Shown here piece after piece: positions 20,530 through 30,382 of a stretch of DNA of 64,000 bases; the first letter of the stretch is position 1, and each line of letters opens with the position of its first letter. Where the stretch lies: assembly GCA_938085445.1 (NCBI GenBank), contig CALKGR010000001.1, forward strand, positions 151,792-215,791, read 5' to 3'. The stretch comes from an uncultured Rubripirellula sp. GTDB lineage: Bacteria > Planctomycetota > Planctomycetia > Pirellulales > Pirellulaceae. The notes beneath the pieces were generated by a model, which saw nothing but the letters and a program-made list of their open reading frames with translations, was not told the origin of the DNA and did not search any database. Both the position numbers and the translations under genes were made by a program.

Positions 20530-21960
20530 CTATTCTCGTGATTCTAGCCCAGTGTCAAAGTAGCGATCTGCGTGGATACGCAGATTTGAAGCGATCTTTT
20601 CCTTCAAATCACCGGCTGTCAGGGCCAACCTGGGGTTAATCTCCACCTGAACCCCCTCATCCACACAAACGCCCGCCTCCTCCAGCCACTGGCGATGCAA
20701 ATCGATGATCGCCGTTTTCGCGGCATTCGGCGTGTCAGTCTCAGCACCATCGGCATTTTTCACAGGTGCAAATGCTTCTTTGGCGGGGGATTCTACGACA
20801 AAGGCATTTTTGGCTATTGGAAGCAAATCAAAAATGAACCTTTCAAACTTGGTCGCATTTGGCTCAGCCGGAAAGACCAACTGCCCCTGCTGGTCGCAAT
20901 GAGGCACCTTTTTTAAAGCGCGATGGAATGGCAAGGAATCCGCTTGCCCAGCCACCCGCTGCAGGAACTTAAGCTTGAACAAATGCACAGCAATGTTCCC
21001 CGCCCAGAGCTTGAGTGAGCCATCTTCGTCAACAGCTTCTGCCGCTGACTCTGGCAAATCACTGTATTCAATGATCTGAACCTGCCCATCCACAAGCACC
21101 ACATTTCCGACTTTTTCCATGGGATAGCGTTTTCGAACCACCTGAGTGGTCATTTCACTCGCTGCCATCAAATGATGCCCGATCAATTCAGGCTCACAAA
21201 GATGTGCCAATGGGTTATCAACTTGGATGTAGGCAAGATGTTGAATCCCTCGCTTCGCGGCATCGGCCAAGCAACCACAACGATCCAAAGCTGAAACTGT
21301 CCCACCATGCCCGTCCGGACTTAAAGCAAGAGAACTCTTGCTCTGCATTAACAACTTGCCGGTTGCTGCGTCGACCGCCGGCATCACACCTTGCTTAAAA
21401 ATGCGCAAGTCTTCCGCAGGAAGCCCCAGATTGTCATTTGCTACAAAATAATCTCGAGTTTCCTGATCAGTTGCATCACTGGTCATGATGTACAAAGGGA
21501 TACGACACGAATATTTTTCATTCACTGCGAGAAGGCGATCAACGAAAAATTGAAACAGGGTCCGACCAGAAACCGGACCGATTGGAAACATGCCCTTGGG
21601 TTGGTCAAAACCGAGCCTTGTCCCCTGCCCACCGGCCACAATCACGGCTCCGAGCTCCCCATTCCTGAGTGCTTCTTCACCCCGTTCTCGAGCCTGATCA
21701 GGCGACCACTCAGCTCCACTGCCGTCAGCCCGCACCGCTGGCGGAGAACTCGCTCTGCTGGCCAGTGCTCCGAAATCAGTAGCTTCGTCCTGTCCACGGA
21801 CCAGACTTGCTAATTCAGCCAGATCAACTCCACTCAGTTGCTTTCCAAGATTTGATTGTTGCTCAGCATTTAGTTGCGACCAATGCTGCAGAACATGCTG
21901 CTGACCATACTGAGACAAACTTTCCTTCAAGGCATCAGATTTCTGGGGATTATCTGTCAA
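20530..21960 (-). CDS. Eukaryote-type UDP-N-acetylglucosamine/UDP-glucose pyrophosphorylase (UDPGP family)
   Basis: AGGQGTRLGFDQPKG, SPDGHGG, QVDNPL, IIEYSDL, KFERFIFD, FAPVKNA. Confidence 0.9.
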   Translation of the reverse strand: MTDNPQKSDALKESLSQYGQQHVLQHWSQLNAEQQSNLGKQLSGVDLAELASLVRGQDEATDFGALASRASSPPAVRADGSGAEWSPDQARERGEEALRNGELGAVIVAGGQGTRLGFDQPKGMFPIGPVSGRTLFQFFVDRLLAVNEKYSCRIPLYIMTSDATDQETRDYFVANDNLGLPAEDLRIFKQGVMPAVDAATGKLLMQSKSSLALSPDGHGGTVSALDRCGCLADAAKRGIQHLAYIQVDNPLAHLCEPELIGHHLMAASEMTTQVVRKRYPMEKVGNVVLVDGQVQIIEYSDLPESAAEAVDEDGSLKLWAGNIAVHLFKLKFLQRVAGQADSLPFHRALKKVPHCDQQGQLVFPAEPNATKFERFIFDLLPIAKNAFVVESPAKEAFAPVKNADGAETDTPNAAKTAIIDLHRQWLEEAGVCVDEGVQVEINPRLALTAGDLKEKIASNLRIHADRYFDTGLESRE

Positions 21961-22041
21961 CGGTTCACTCGATTTCTGTTGTACAAACTGATTGTGCTTC
22001 GCAAACGAAAAGGGAACGATAAGCCGCTTGAACTAGATCAA

Positions 22042-22776
22042 TTATTCAATCCGAAAATGCCATTTCTGCAAATCGTATCGCTGCTGCCGCAACTTCAAAA
22101 CCTCGTTCCGCAAGGATGCAGCATCTACGTGATCCCTCACTTCAAAATTGTCGACCAAATGCTTAGCAAGCCTTGTGGAATTCAGTGGCACATTGGTCAC
22201 AAAACTGGCATGATCTCGGCCCTCGCGGTAGTCAGGTTGACGCGGTGCCTTGAGCAAGCAGTGTGATAGCATACTCAAATCAAAATCATACAAAACGGTT
22301 CCGTGATACAAGATTCGATCCCGAGTCACTCGCAGACTGTTACCTGAGCACTTACGGTTCTGCCATGTGAGGTCACAGATCCCCTGTAGAGTTGCTGACG
22401 GAACCTGCTGCTGTACAGCGGCCAATACGCGAGACATCACATACTGGTGCGCCGCATCAATTTTCCTCAACCCATCATGTACTGCATGATCGAGAACAAC
22501 GCTGTACATCAGACAACCGGGCCCCGCAACCACTGAGGCACCACCGGTACAGCGTCTCAGAATCGGCATCTTCATTGCCTCGCAATAGTCGACATCGATT
22601 TCCTCCCGAATACGGCTGGATCGACCTGCAACCACTACGGGCTGCGTGAACTCCCAGATCCGCAAAACTTCCCACGGCTGAAAGCGGTCCAACTCTGAGG
22701 ATTTTCGCATAAGAACAGCCTCATCCAGCGCCAGATGATCAGCTGGATCAGTCATATCATCCAACAACTGAAACAT
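22042..22776 (-). CDS. Lipoate-protein ligase / octanoyltransferase family protein (catalytic domain only)
   Basis: HLALDEA, RRCTGGASV, RKCSGNS (catalytic Lys), YHGT; ATG 22776 has an AGGA Shine-Dalgarno and lies 13 bp after the permease stop. Confidence 0.85.
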   Translation of the reverse strand: MFQLLDDMTDPADHLALDEAVLMRKSSELDRFQPWEVLRIWEFTQPVVVAGRSSRIREEIDVDYCEAMKMPILRRCTGGASVVAGPGCLMYSVVLDHAVHDGLRKIDAAHQYVMSRVLAAVQQQVPSATLQGICDLTWQNRKCSGNSLRVTRDRILYHGTVLYDFDLSMLSHCLLKAPRQPDYREGRDHASFVTNVPLNSTRLAKHLVDNFEVRDHVDAASLRNEVLKLRQQRYDLQKWHFRIE

Positions 22777-22789
22777 GTTTGTCCTTCTT

Positions 22790-25700
22790 TTAGTTGGAAC
22801 GCAGAGATTCCAATAGAGGCATCTTGCTGACGCGTCGGACTGATGCCAAGCCTGCACTCAACCCAAAAAGTGTGATTCCGATCAATAGAATGAACGGCTC
22901 AAGGATTGGTGGTTTCAGGCCATTGATAAGAGCGTGAGGCAACACTGCCAAAACCGCACAAATCGCTCCACATCCAATCCCGAACAATAACAGAGTCGCT
23001 GTTTCCCCCATGACTACCGAAGTCAAACTTTGTCGACTGAAACCAATGGCTCGCATGACCGCCAACTCTTGACGTCTTTCGAGAACACTTCGCATCTGTG
23101 CGACAGCCAGCCCGATCGTCCCCAACAACAGTCCAAGTGCACCGAGACTCTGGAAGGTTCGCAAATAAGTGTTCTGAACTGCCAGCATCGTTGCCAGCGT
23201 TCGATTCGCATCCGTGATATCCATTCCTATGTCACCAAGCCGATTCTCAAAAATACCGGCGACTTCGTTGCTGCGAGAGTCGTCTACGGCGATGAGGAAA
23301 TACTGATATCCACTAATGTCGGGGAAGATTCGTTTGAAATTATTTTCACCAATCATCAATTTCCCTTGCAACAAGGAATTGGCAAGCAACCCCACGACAC
23401 GAAAATAGGTCAGCTTTCCTGGTTCGTATTCAAAAGCACGAACCTCCCCGACACCTTTCATCATCTGCAGACTCCACATCGCTGTATTCTGATCGATGAT
23501 CACTGGTATTGGATCGTTTTCAGTTCCCGTGGCATCAACATCAAGTGCATCCCAGGGTGTTTGCCCAACGGGCACATCACCGTCTGCTGCCCATTGAAAA
23601 CCTGGTAACACTGTTGGTGTATTATCAAACAGGTTGCTGAACGAGTCGGGAATTCCAAGGATCGTGGGTTGAGTGGCTTTGTACAGGTTATTGCAACTTG
23701 CATCCTGCCCTACTCGCAAACGCAATGGGGCGATCGTTGTGTCTGCCAACAAGCGCGCGTCCGGCCCAAGCATCTCTGAGCGGACTTGCGTCTGCCTGAG
23801 ATCTCGGGACAGTGCTTGCGACGATTGTCCAATCAGGGTGAATCCGCCTGTTCCTTCTGCACTCGGCTGCAGACGAAATGCAGAGATTGCCATGATTAAA
23901 AAAGCGGCTGTCGCCATCAAGCCAATTGTCATCGTGCTCCTAAGGGGATGCCGGCAAGCATTGCGGCTGATGAGCTGACGAAAAGTGAATGAATCTTGCC
24001 CGGTCTTGGTGGCAAGACGGCTCGGACTCCGCAAACGTGCATAAATGAACAGCAACGCAGCAATCAGCAGCAACATTCCGCCGCCGACAAAAGCCCCTGC
24101 TGCTATTTGACCGGCTGCTGTTGCACCAAAGGCCCCGACGCCAATTGCCACACAACCGAGACCGCCAGCAACCAAAGGCAGTTTTCCTCGATCAGCTTTT
24201 CGATCAGCAATTTTATCGGTATCGCGTTGTGAAAGTAGATCCTGCGCATCAAGATTTGTCAGCCACCGAGCCGTCCTCCACAACGTTACTGCGGCGACCG
24301 CCCATCCCGAAAATGACCCGATCAACAAACTCGGGAACGTCCAGTGAAAGTTCAAAAAGGGGACTGTCACGGCACCAATCCACAGGGAACGCAACGCCAA
24401 AAGAACGATCCATGCGTAAAGAAAACCACCCACCACTCCTAGCAAAACACCTGCCGCCGCAACCAACAATCCCTCTCTGAGCACCATGCTGGCGACACAC
24501 CTCGGAGTCCATCCCACTGCCAACAATGTTCCGAATTGGGTCATGCGTTGTGTCAGCCCCAAACGAAACAACATTGCGATCAACATCACAGCTGCCAGAA
24601 TCACAAAGAAACTTAATGACAGGAAAAGCCCATCAAAAGGAGTGGTTCCACTGGACGCGGCCAGTTGTTGCTCGCGTATCGGTATGACTGACCAGCCTAA
24701 CTCGGAATAGGATGGCTTAAGAATTTCCAAAAGACGCTGGGTCAGTAGACTCTCATCCGCCGCTGCCGATTTTGCAATGCGAATACCAGTGGTTTCACCG
24801 AAACGGCTGCCAAAAAGTTGCTGCCCTTGATACAGCGGCAAAAAAGCTTTGGGAGTCAAACGGTATTCATTCCAGTAAGCATCATCTTCTTTGCTGATTT
24901 CCCGTTTTAATGGAAAGGGCAAGTCCCAATCACTAATCGAATCCTGATCAGTCACTCCAGGCACCGACGGTGTGAGATCGGGATCGTTATAGACCGTTGG
25001 TGGTTGGTTAAAAGTGGCTTCCCTGCGCCGACGGTACGGCCTTGCTGGTCGAGTGATCGGCACCACATCCGTCACTACCGCTTGAAAGAAGCGTTCGATT
25101 TCTTGGCCGTTCTTGACTTCGGGTTCATAGTAAGCAACACGTAACTTTGTGCCTCGTGTTGCACCCAATCGGTCAGCGGTCCACTGATTCAGCACCAAGG
25201 GAATGGGTTCCGTTGTGCTATCTGCCTCGGGTAATGGGGAATCAATCGAAATCTCAGCTAGTTCATAATTCAATGGTAATTGGGGACTGCTATCAACCGC
25301 GGTGATGGTGCTGTATGGCACAGTAGCCACGACTTCACCTTTTTGATTCAAACGCTCAAGTGCATTGGCGAGGTAGGTCGTTGTCTCAGTCAATTCGGCA
25401 GCAGGAAAAGCCTCCTTGATGCGATCAACTGCAATCTCGGGAAGTAACAATCGCTCGCTAGTCAACCAGAAATAGTCATAGATTGCCATGGGCTCACCAG
25501 TCTCTGTTTCAAAGCTGCGTTCGATACGTTTCAAGCTAAGTCCGAGGTCAGCCAAGCTGATATTGAAGTCTAGGAGGCTTGCAGGCTGGTCAAGCAGGAT
25601 CGCGTTGGCCTGCCCTTTCCTATCGAGAACTTCAGCCACCGTCGCACGATTAACAAATATGTTGCGAGGCGCTGCCTGACTTGGCGCAACAGAAAAGATC

Positions 25701-26311
25701 CCTAGTCCCCGATCGGGGACGATCCCAGCGATTCGCATTCGAGGCAAACCCTCACTCTCGGCGTCCCGCGTTCCCAGAGGGCTGTCGGCAGGCACGGCTT
25801 GCTCAACAGGCAAACGCAAAGTCAGCAGATCACCAACTTGCACACCCAACTCAGAAGCCATCGACTGGTTCACAATCACACTGTCATCATCGAGTGTGGG
25901 TACTTTTTGCATCCCCGAAACATCAAGTCGCCAAAAATTACTATCACAGCCGATAATCTGTACCGAACCAGCTCTACGAATCGCATCATCATCACCACGA
26001 AACTCAACGATGCCATTCTCGAATAGCATCAAAGCAATGGGATCTACGTCTGTATTGGCCAAGCCCTCAAGCTCAAAAAAACCGCCTGGGAAAATAGCGT
26101 TCTCAGTCTTTCCAAGCCGCTCAATGGTGAGCCCACGCAAGCTACCACGCATTGAATCGCCGACCAACAAGGCGCCCACTATGACCGCAGTTGCCGTGGC
26201 AACTCCCAACGCAACCGATCCTGAAACCCGCCATGAATACTTCATGCTGGCGCGGATCAAACGCGACACTGTGAAAGGTTTCATACTGCTTGGCCCCTGC
26301 AAATCAGCCAT
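22790..26311 (-). CDS. Giant FtsX-like ABC permease (two permease modules)
   Basis: ALGVATATAVIVGALLVGDS; QRMTQFGTLLAVG; RSVLERRQELAVMRAIG; large periplasmic loops; 1173 aa. Confidence 0.85.
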   Translation of the reverse strand: MADLQGPSSMKPFTVSRLIRASMKYSWRVSGSVALGVATATAVIVGALLVGDSMRGSLRGLTIERLGKTENAIFPGGFFELEGLANTDVDPIALMLFENGIVEFRGDDDAIRRAGSVQIIGCDSNFWRLDVSGMQKVPTLDDDSVIVNQSMASELGVQVGDLLTLRLPVEQAVPADSPLGTRDAESEGLPRMRIAGIVPDRGLGIFSVAPSQAAPRNIFVNRATVAEVLDRKGQANAILLDQPASLLDFNISLADLGLSLKRIERSFETETGEPMAIYDYFWLTSERLLLPEIAVDRIKEAFPAAELTETTTYLANALERLNQKGEVVATVPYSTITAVDSSPQLPLNYELAEISIDSPLPEADSTTEPIPLVLNQWTADRLGATRGTKLRVAYYEPEVKNGQEIERFFQAVVTDVVPITRPARPYRRRREATFNQPPTVYNDPDLTPSVPGVTDQDSISDWDLPFPLKREISKEDDAYWNEYRLTPKAFLPLYQGQQLFGSRFGETTGIRIAKSAAADESLLTQRLLEILKPSYSELGWSVIPIREQQLAASSGTTPFDGLFLSLSFFVILAAVMLIAMLFRLGLTQRMTQFGTLLAVGWTPRCVASMVLREGLLVAAAGVLLGVVGGFLYAWIVLLALRSLWIGAVTVPFLNFHWTFPSLLIGSFSGWAVAAVTLWRTARWLTNLDAQDLLSQRDTDKIADRKADRGKLPLVAGGLGCVAIGVGAFGATAAGQIAAGAFVGGGMLLLIAALLFIYARLRSPSRLATKTGQDSFTFRQLISRNACRHPLRSTMTIGLMATAAFLIMAISAFRLQPSAEGTGGFTLIGQSSQALSRDLRQTQVRSEMLGPDARLLADTTIAPLRLRVGQDASCNNLYKATQPTILGIPDSFSNLFDNTPTVLPGFQWAADGDVPVGQTPWDALDVDATGTENDPIPVIIDQNTAMWSLQMMKGVGEVRAFEYEPGKLTYFRVVGLLANSLLQGKLMIGENNFKRIFPDISGYQYFLIAVDDSRSNEVAGIFENRLGDIGMDITDANRTLATMLAVQNTYLRTFQSLGALGLLLGTIGLAVAQMRSVLERRQELAVMRAIGFSRQSLTSVVMGETATLLLFGIGCGAICAVLAVLPHALINGLKPPILEPFILLIGITLFGLSAGLASVRRVSKMPLLESLRSN

Positions 26312-26580
26312 CTCTGTGTTTCTCCAACAATTGCAACATTGAGATATTTCTGCACAGATGAATTCTGTGATGAAAACCTCGAGCGGAATTTCGTCGAAAA
26401 GTAGACCCTGAAAAAAGCATCACTGCGTTTTCGAATCGTGGCCGTTGTAACGAGCCCACCGGACAGCCTACCTCCATATGCTTACCAGTTGCCTGTTAAA
26501 TTACCAACTGGCCGAATTCCATATTTTCACATCCTCACCAGCCGAAACCCTCAGGCTCCTCTTTTTTAGCCGTTTCTGAC

Positions 26581-26907
26581 ATGCATGCATCTAATCAGCT
26601 CGTACTTGTGGTCACCACCGTAGCGTCACACGCTGATGCCAATCACCTCGCCCGTCAACTCATTGAGTCCAGAATGGCAGCCTGCGTTCAAATCGAAGGT
26701 CCTATGACCAGTCACTACCAATGGGATGGTGTCATCCAATCATCAACCGAATTCCGATTGACGATTAAGACGGGGAACGCATGCTGGCAAGACCTCAAGC
26801 AGCACCTGACGGCACTTCATCCCTACGAACAACCTGAGATACTCATGTTACCTGTGACCGATACCACTGAGGGATATCGCAATTGGGTGATTCAACACAC
26901 ACGTTAA
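26581..26907 (+). CDS. cutA: Divalent-cation tolerance protein CutA
   Basis: AACVQI, SHYQWDG, HPYEQPEI. Confidence 0.93.
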   Translation: MHASNQLVLVVTTVASHADANHLARQLIESRMAACVQIEGPMTSHYQWDGVIQSSTEFRLTIKTGNACWQDLKQHLTALHPYEQPEILMLPVTDTTEGYRNWVIQHTR

Positions 26908-26919
26908 CCCAAAAAGGCT

Positions 26920-26940
26920 CTGCCCGTTTTTCCGGGCAGA
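26920..26940. terminator. Hairpin between convergent cutA and lptD-like genes
   Basis: tctgcccg-ttttt-cgggcaga type stem-loop just after the cutA stop. Confidence 0.5.
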
Positions 26941-27062
26941 TGATCAAAAACCAATGGAACATTAGGAGCTACGGTGACATAAAAGCCTAGGGATGGCCAT
27001 CCAGCAAATTCGCGTGGTACCCCTGGATTCATTTGTAAAATCTGCACTTTAACCTTTCGGTT

Positions 27063-27127
27063 TTATTCAAATCCTTCGACACCTTTGTTCAAATCCTTCG
27101 ACACCTTTATTCAAATCCTTCGACACC
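27063..27127. repeat. Triple 22-bp tandem repeat of the last codons and stop of the lptD-like gene
   Basis: ttattcaaatccttcgacacct / ttgttcaaatccttcgacacct / ttattcaaatccttcgacacc. Confidence 0.95.
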
Positions 27128-30100
27128 GGGCGGTGGAATCAACTGCCCTCCCACTCGACCCAGCTTTGCATTTGGCCAGAACCGAGGTTCAATCGAGAAC
27201 CCGATTCCGACGTTATCACGTCCCTTATCGTACGTCATCCCAAGTCTAACCAAGAGTGACTCACCGATTCGAGTCAGGCCGGCTGATTGCGAAACGTTTC
27301 CAGTGCTGCTGAAATCATAACTCAGACCATTTGAAATGATCCACTTTTCATTCAACCGGTAATCAAGGTTGCTTCTGAATACCGTACTGCTGATAGGCCC
27401 CTCGATGGACAACAACCCGAGATAGACGTCACCCATACCAGGACGGGTACTACGGACCCCGGCACTGATCGATCGTAGACCACCATCGAAAAAATCAAAA
27501 TAGCCATCACTTAAAAGCGAGACACGATCACCCACTTGGTACCTCATGTCATACGTAGCAGGACCCAGCGTCTTTCCAAAGTTATCGCGATTTGCGTCTG
27601 GAAAGATGAGCAGATCCAAGTCCAACTTAAAAAGATCCACAATGCGTTCAAGCCCGGGAAGACCACGCTTGGTTTGCAGTCTCTGGTGCAAACCGATTCG
27701 CACTTGCTGCAAGTCGGCAGCTACAACATCACTGGGGCTTGCCACAAGCTTCTGTATCCCCTGCCTAAATGCATAGTCTCTCGTCTGATAACGTGTACGC
27801 CCAAACATGAGGGGATTGCTTCGCAAGAAGCGTGATCGGTATTGCTGCTGAGCGTGATCATCCAGCGGATTGTAGAGTGGAAGTGCATCGAGATTTGAAT
27901 TACTGTCAGCGTAAAAATATTCAGCCTGCCACTCGGCTTTGTGCGCTAGTCCTCGAATGTTTAACAAACTACTTTGAATGGTAGGATCCACACGTGAGGC
28001 GGGAAGTGTGGCTACGACCCCCCCCTGTCCAAACAATCGTGTGAGCGACTCTCCATCCGAAGCTTGGCCGTAGTAGGAAGCCTCTCCAGAAATGCTTGGC
28101 ACGACTCTGACTGGACCAAATTGCACCGGCAAGGCAATTTTCTGTCGTGTTCCGGTGACCATCCCTGAGGCATTTTCCAGCCCCACTCTTTTCAGCCCCA
28201 CAATTCCTGGTGGCGGTGAAATCGGCGAATACATACTCCGTTCAGGTTCAGTCTCGGGAAAATCTCCAACCTGCAAACGGGAATAGCCGATTTTATTGTG
28301 GGCGGACCACGTGAAGCGATCACCAAATATTGCTCCACCAATCATGTAGTGGTCCAACATGGGAAGGTTTTCAGTCGTCGTGAAAAAATCGTTGATTCGG
28401 GCTTGCCCAGTTAGATCAAACAGATGGCTGTTATGATACTTTCGCAATCGCAGAGCAGTGCTCTCGTTGATGTCACGATCCCACTCACCTTCGAAATATT
28501 GATCCAGAAAATTACGATCACTAATCCAACCGAGTTCGGCGATCAGCTCTAGATTGGAATTCAGATAATGTCGATGCCGCAAAAGAGAGCGACCACGGAA
28601 CTTTGTTGAAGGTTGTAAATCACGTCGTCCTGCTCCCAAGTCATCCTTGCCGTCATCGTGGATTAACCATGTATCAAAATAACCATCCACAGGGCCATCG
28701 ATTCCAAAAATAGATGGCAAACTGTACTCAAGCATGGTTCCAATCGCTGGACCACGCTCACTCAAATAGTCCAGTGACATTTCCCAATCTGCACCGGGCG
28801 GCGCGTTTTCAATTCCAAACAATTGAAACAGATCAAAATCGAGCAACAACTGAGTGCCAAAGATCTGATCATTGCGCAACTTGATGCCAGAAACATAATA
28901 GCCTGGTCGCTCCAAACTGGTTGAAAAGGTAGGCCAGTAGAGTATTGGAACACCGCCAAAATAGACAAAGTTGTCACGACTATTGACGAATGCCTCGCTA
29001 CGACTGGTGGGTAAACCAGTGGTGGGATCTGGCATGATTCGTTGACGATCTGTCAGTTGCAGACGCTCGCTCTGCAACCAGTACTGCGGCACGCCCATGC
29101 GACTGCTCGTGACTGCCGCATCAAAAGCGATAAAATTACCCTCAGCCACCTGCTGCAACACATCGGCCTTAAGGCGTACAACACCGAGATAATTTGGAAT
29201 CGTAGTGATGACTTCAGAATCCAAAACCATGCCCTGCTGCGTGGCGATGTTGTAATACATCGAGTTGGCATAAATGATTCGTTCGCCTTGCCGAAACACG
29301 ATATCCCCTTCCAGATAGATTTCTCCATCAGATGGTGCACTCGCGTTCGAACGGTTGAATAGCGACCCCACTTCGGGCAACCAACCCACAACACGATCGG
29401 CCGATAACGAAATGGTTCCAAGATCCATCATGCCACCAGGCAGACTGACAGTCACGTCACGAATCAGAACAGTGACGCCACCTCTCGCCAAAACCACCGT
29501 ATCGCCCAACTCCGGCCGCGGCTTCATTTCAATCTGCAGTTGAGTCGATCCGTCTCGTGCACCGATCTCAATCGACTTGGTACCGCCACCTGTCAAAAAA
29601 CGTACTGATGAAGATTCGGTTGAATCCGGCGAAGGTGCTGGAAGAGCATTGTCTGACTGAGGCGCAATGATCGATTCTTCGAATTGCACCTGCTGGATCC
29701 CGACATCTGTCTTGGGAATCGCTTCCAGCCACTCATTGACAGGAAATGAATCAGAAGCCGGCAAATAACGAAGCAGCTCAGGGTCATCGCTTGGCTTCTT
29801 AAGCACACGGGGTGCAATGATCTGCGGGTCATCCAAAGTCAGAAGCGTCAATGCCCGCGGACTATCGCGCTCTTGTTTGGAACCACCAGCGATCACAATT
29901 CGAGTCCGGACCTTACCCACGGGCCCATCGACCAACAGCAACATCGAATCAGCTTTGACAGACTGTTCACCAAAAGCAAAATCACAATCGCCTTGTAACA
30001 GCGATGCCTCTGCATCGTTAATCTGCCAACGCGAGACAACGTTGCCACGAACACGAATTACCTCAGGACTGATTTCTTGACTCGTCGCTGTACTTGCCGT

Positions 30101-30184
30101 CCAAAAAACACAGAAGGAAACCACAACAATCCGCGCAGCAGAGAACGCGGAAAACGACACTCTTCGTCGAATTCCGAAGCTCAT
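27107..30184 (-). CDS. lptD: LptD/OstA-like outer-membrane LPS assembly protein
   Basis: Signal peptide; OstA-like IYLEGDIVFRQG...ANSMYYN; GVPILYWP; long amphipathic beta-strand C-terminus. Confidence 0.65.
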   Translation of the reverse strand: MSFGIRRRVSFSAFSAARIVVVSFCVFWTASTATSQEISPEVIRVRGNVVSRWQINDAEASLLQGDCDFAFGEQSVKADSMLLLVDGPVGKVRTRIVIAGGSKQERDSPRALTLLTLDDPQIIAPRVLKKPSDDPELLRYLPASDSFPVNEWLEAIPKTDVGIQQVQFEESIIAPQSDNALPAPSPDSTESSSVRFLTGGGTKSIEIGARDGSTQLQIEMKPRPELGDTVVLARGGVTVLIRDVTVSLPGGMMDLGTISLSADRVVGWLPEVGSLFNRSNASAPSDGEIYLEGDIVFRQGERIIYANSMYYNIATQQGMVLDSEVITTIPNYLGVVRLKADVLQQVAEGNFIAFDAAVTSSRMGVPQYWLQSERLQLTDRQRIMPDPTTGLPTSRSEAFVNSRDNFVYFGGVPILYWPTFSTSLERPGYYVSGIKLRNDQIFGTQLLLDFDLFQLFGIENAPPGADWEMSLDYLSERGPAIGTMLEYSLPSIFGIDGPVDGYFDTWLIHDDGKDDLGAGRRDLQPSTKFRGRSLLRHRHYLNSNLELIAELGWISDRNFLDQYFEGEWDRDINESTALRLRKYHNSHLFDLTGQARINDFFTTTENLPMLDHYMIGGAIFGDRFTWSAHNKIGYSRLQVGDFPETEPERSMYSPISPPPGIVGLKRVGLENASGMVTGTRQKIALPVQFGPVRVVPSISGEASYYGQASDGESLTRLFGQGGVVATLPASRVDPTIQSSLLNIRGLAHKAEWQAEYFYADSNSNLDALPLYNPLDDHAQQQYRSRFLRSNPLMFGRTRYQTRDYAFRQGIQKLVASPSDVVAADLQQVRIGLHQRLQTKRGLPGLERIVDLFKLDLDLLIFPDANRDNFGKTLGPATYDMRYQVGDRVSLLSDGYFDFFDGGLRSISAGVRSTRPGMGDVYLGLLSIEGPISSTVFRSNLDYRLNEKWIISNGLSYDFSSTGNVSQSAGLTRIGESLLVRLGMTYDKGRDNVGIGFSIEPRFWPNAKLGRVGGQLIPPPGVEGFE

Positions 30185-30382
30185 GGGTTCAGCGGTGGCT
30201 TCCTTGCCGCCCAAGTTGACTGCTTCCCTTGCGAAAAAGAAAAAATTACGTTCGGACAGAACGCTTCGGCAGTCTACGAATTGATTTCAGACAATCACAA
30301 GCTTGAAACGGGTAATTGCGATGGTAAATCCGACGGTTTCCGGAATAGATTTCGTGGAACAGGGCTCTAACGGGCGTGAAAC

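Noticed and set aside
27063..27127. 22-bp repeats as a CRISPR array
   Set aside because: Units are directly adjacent with no spacers, derive from a gene end, and no cas genes are present
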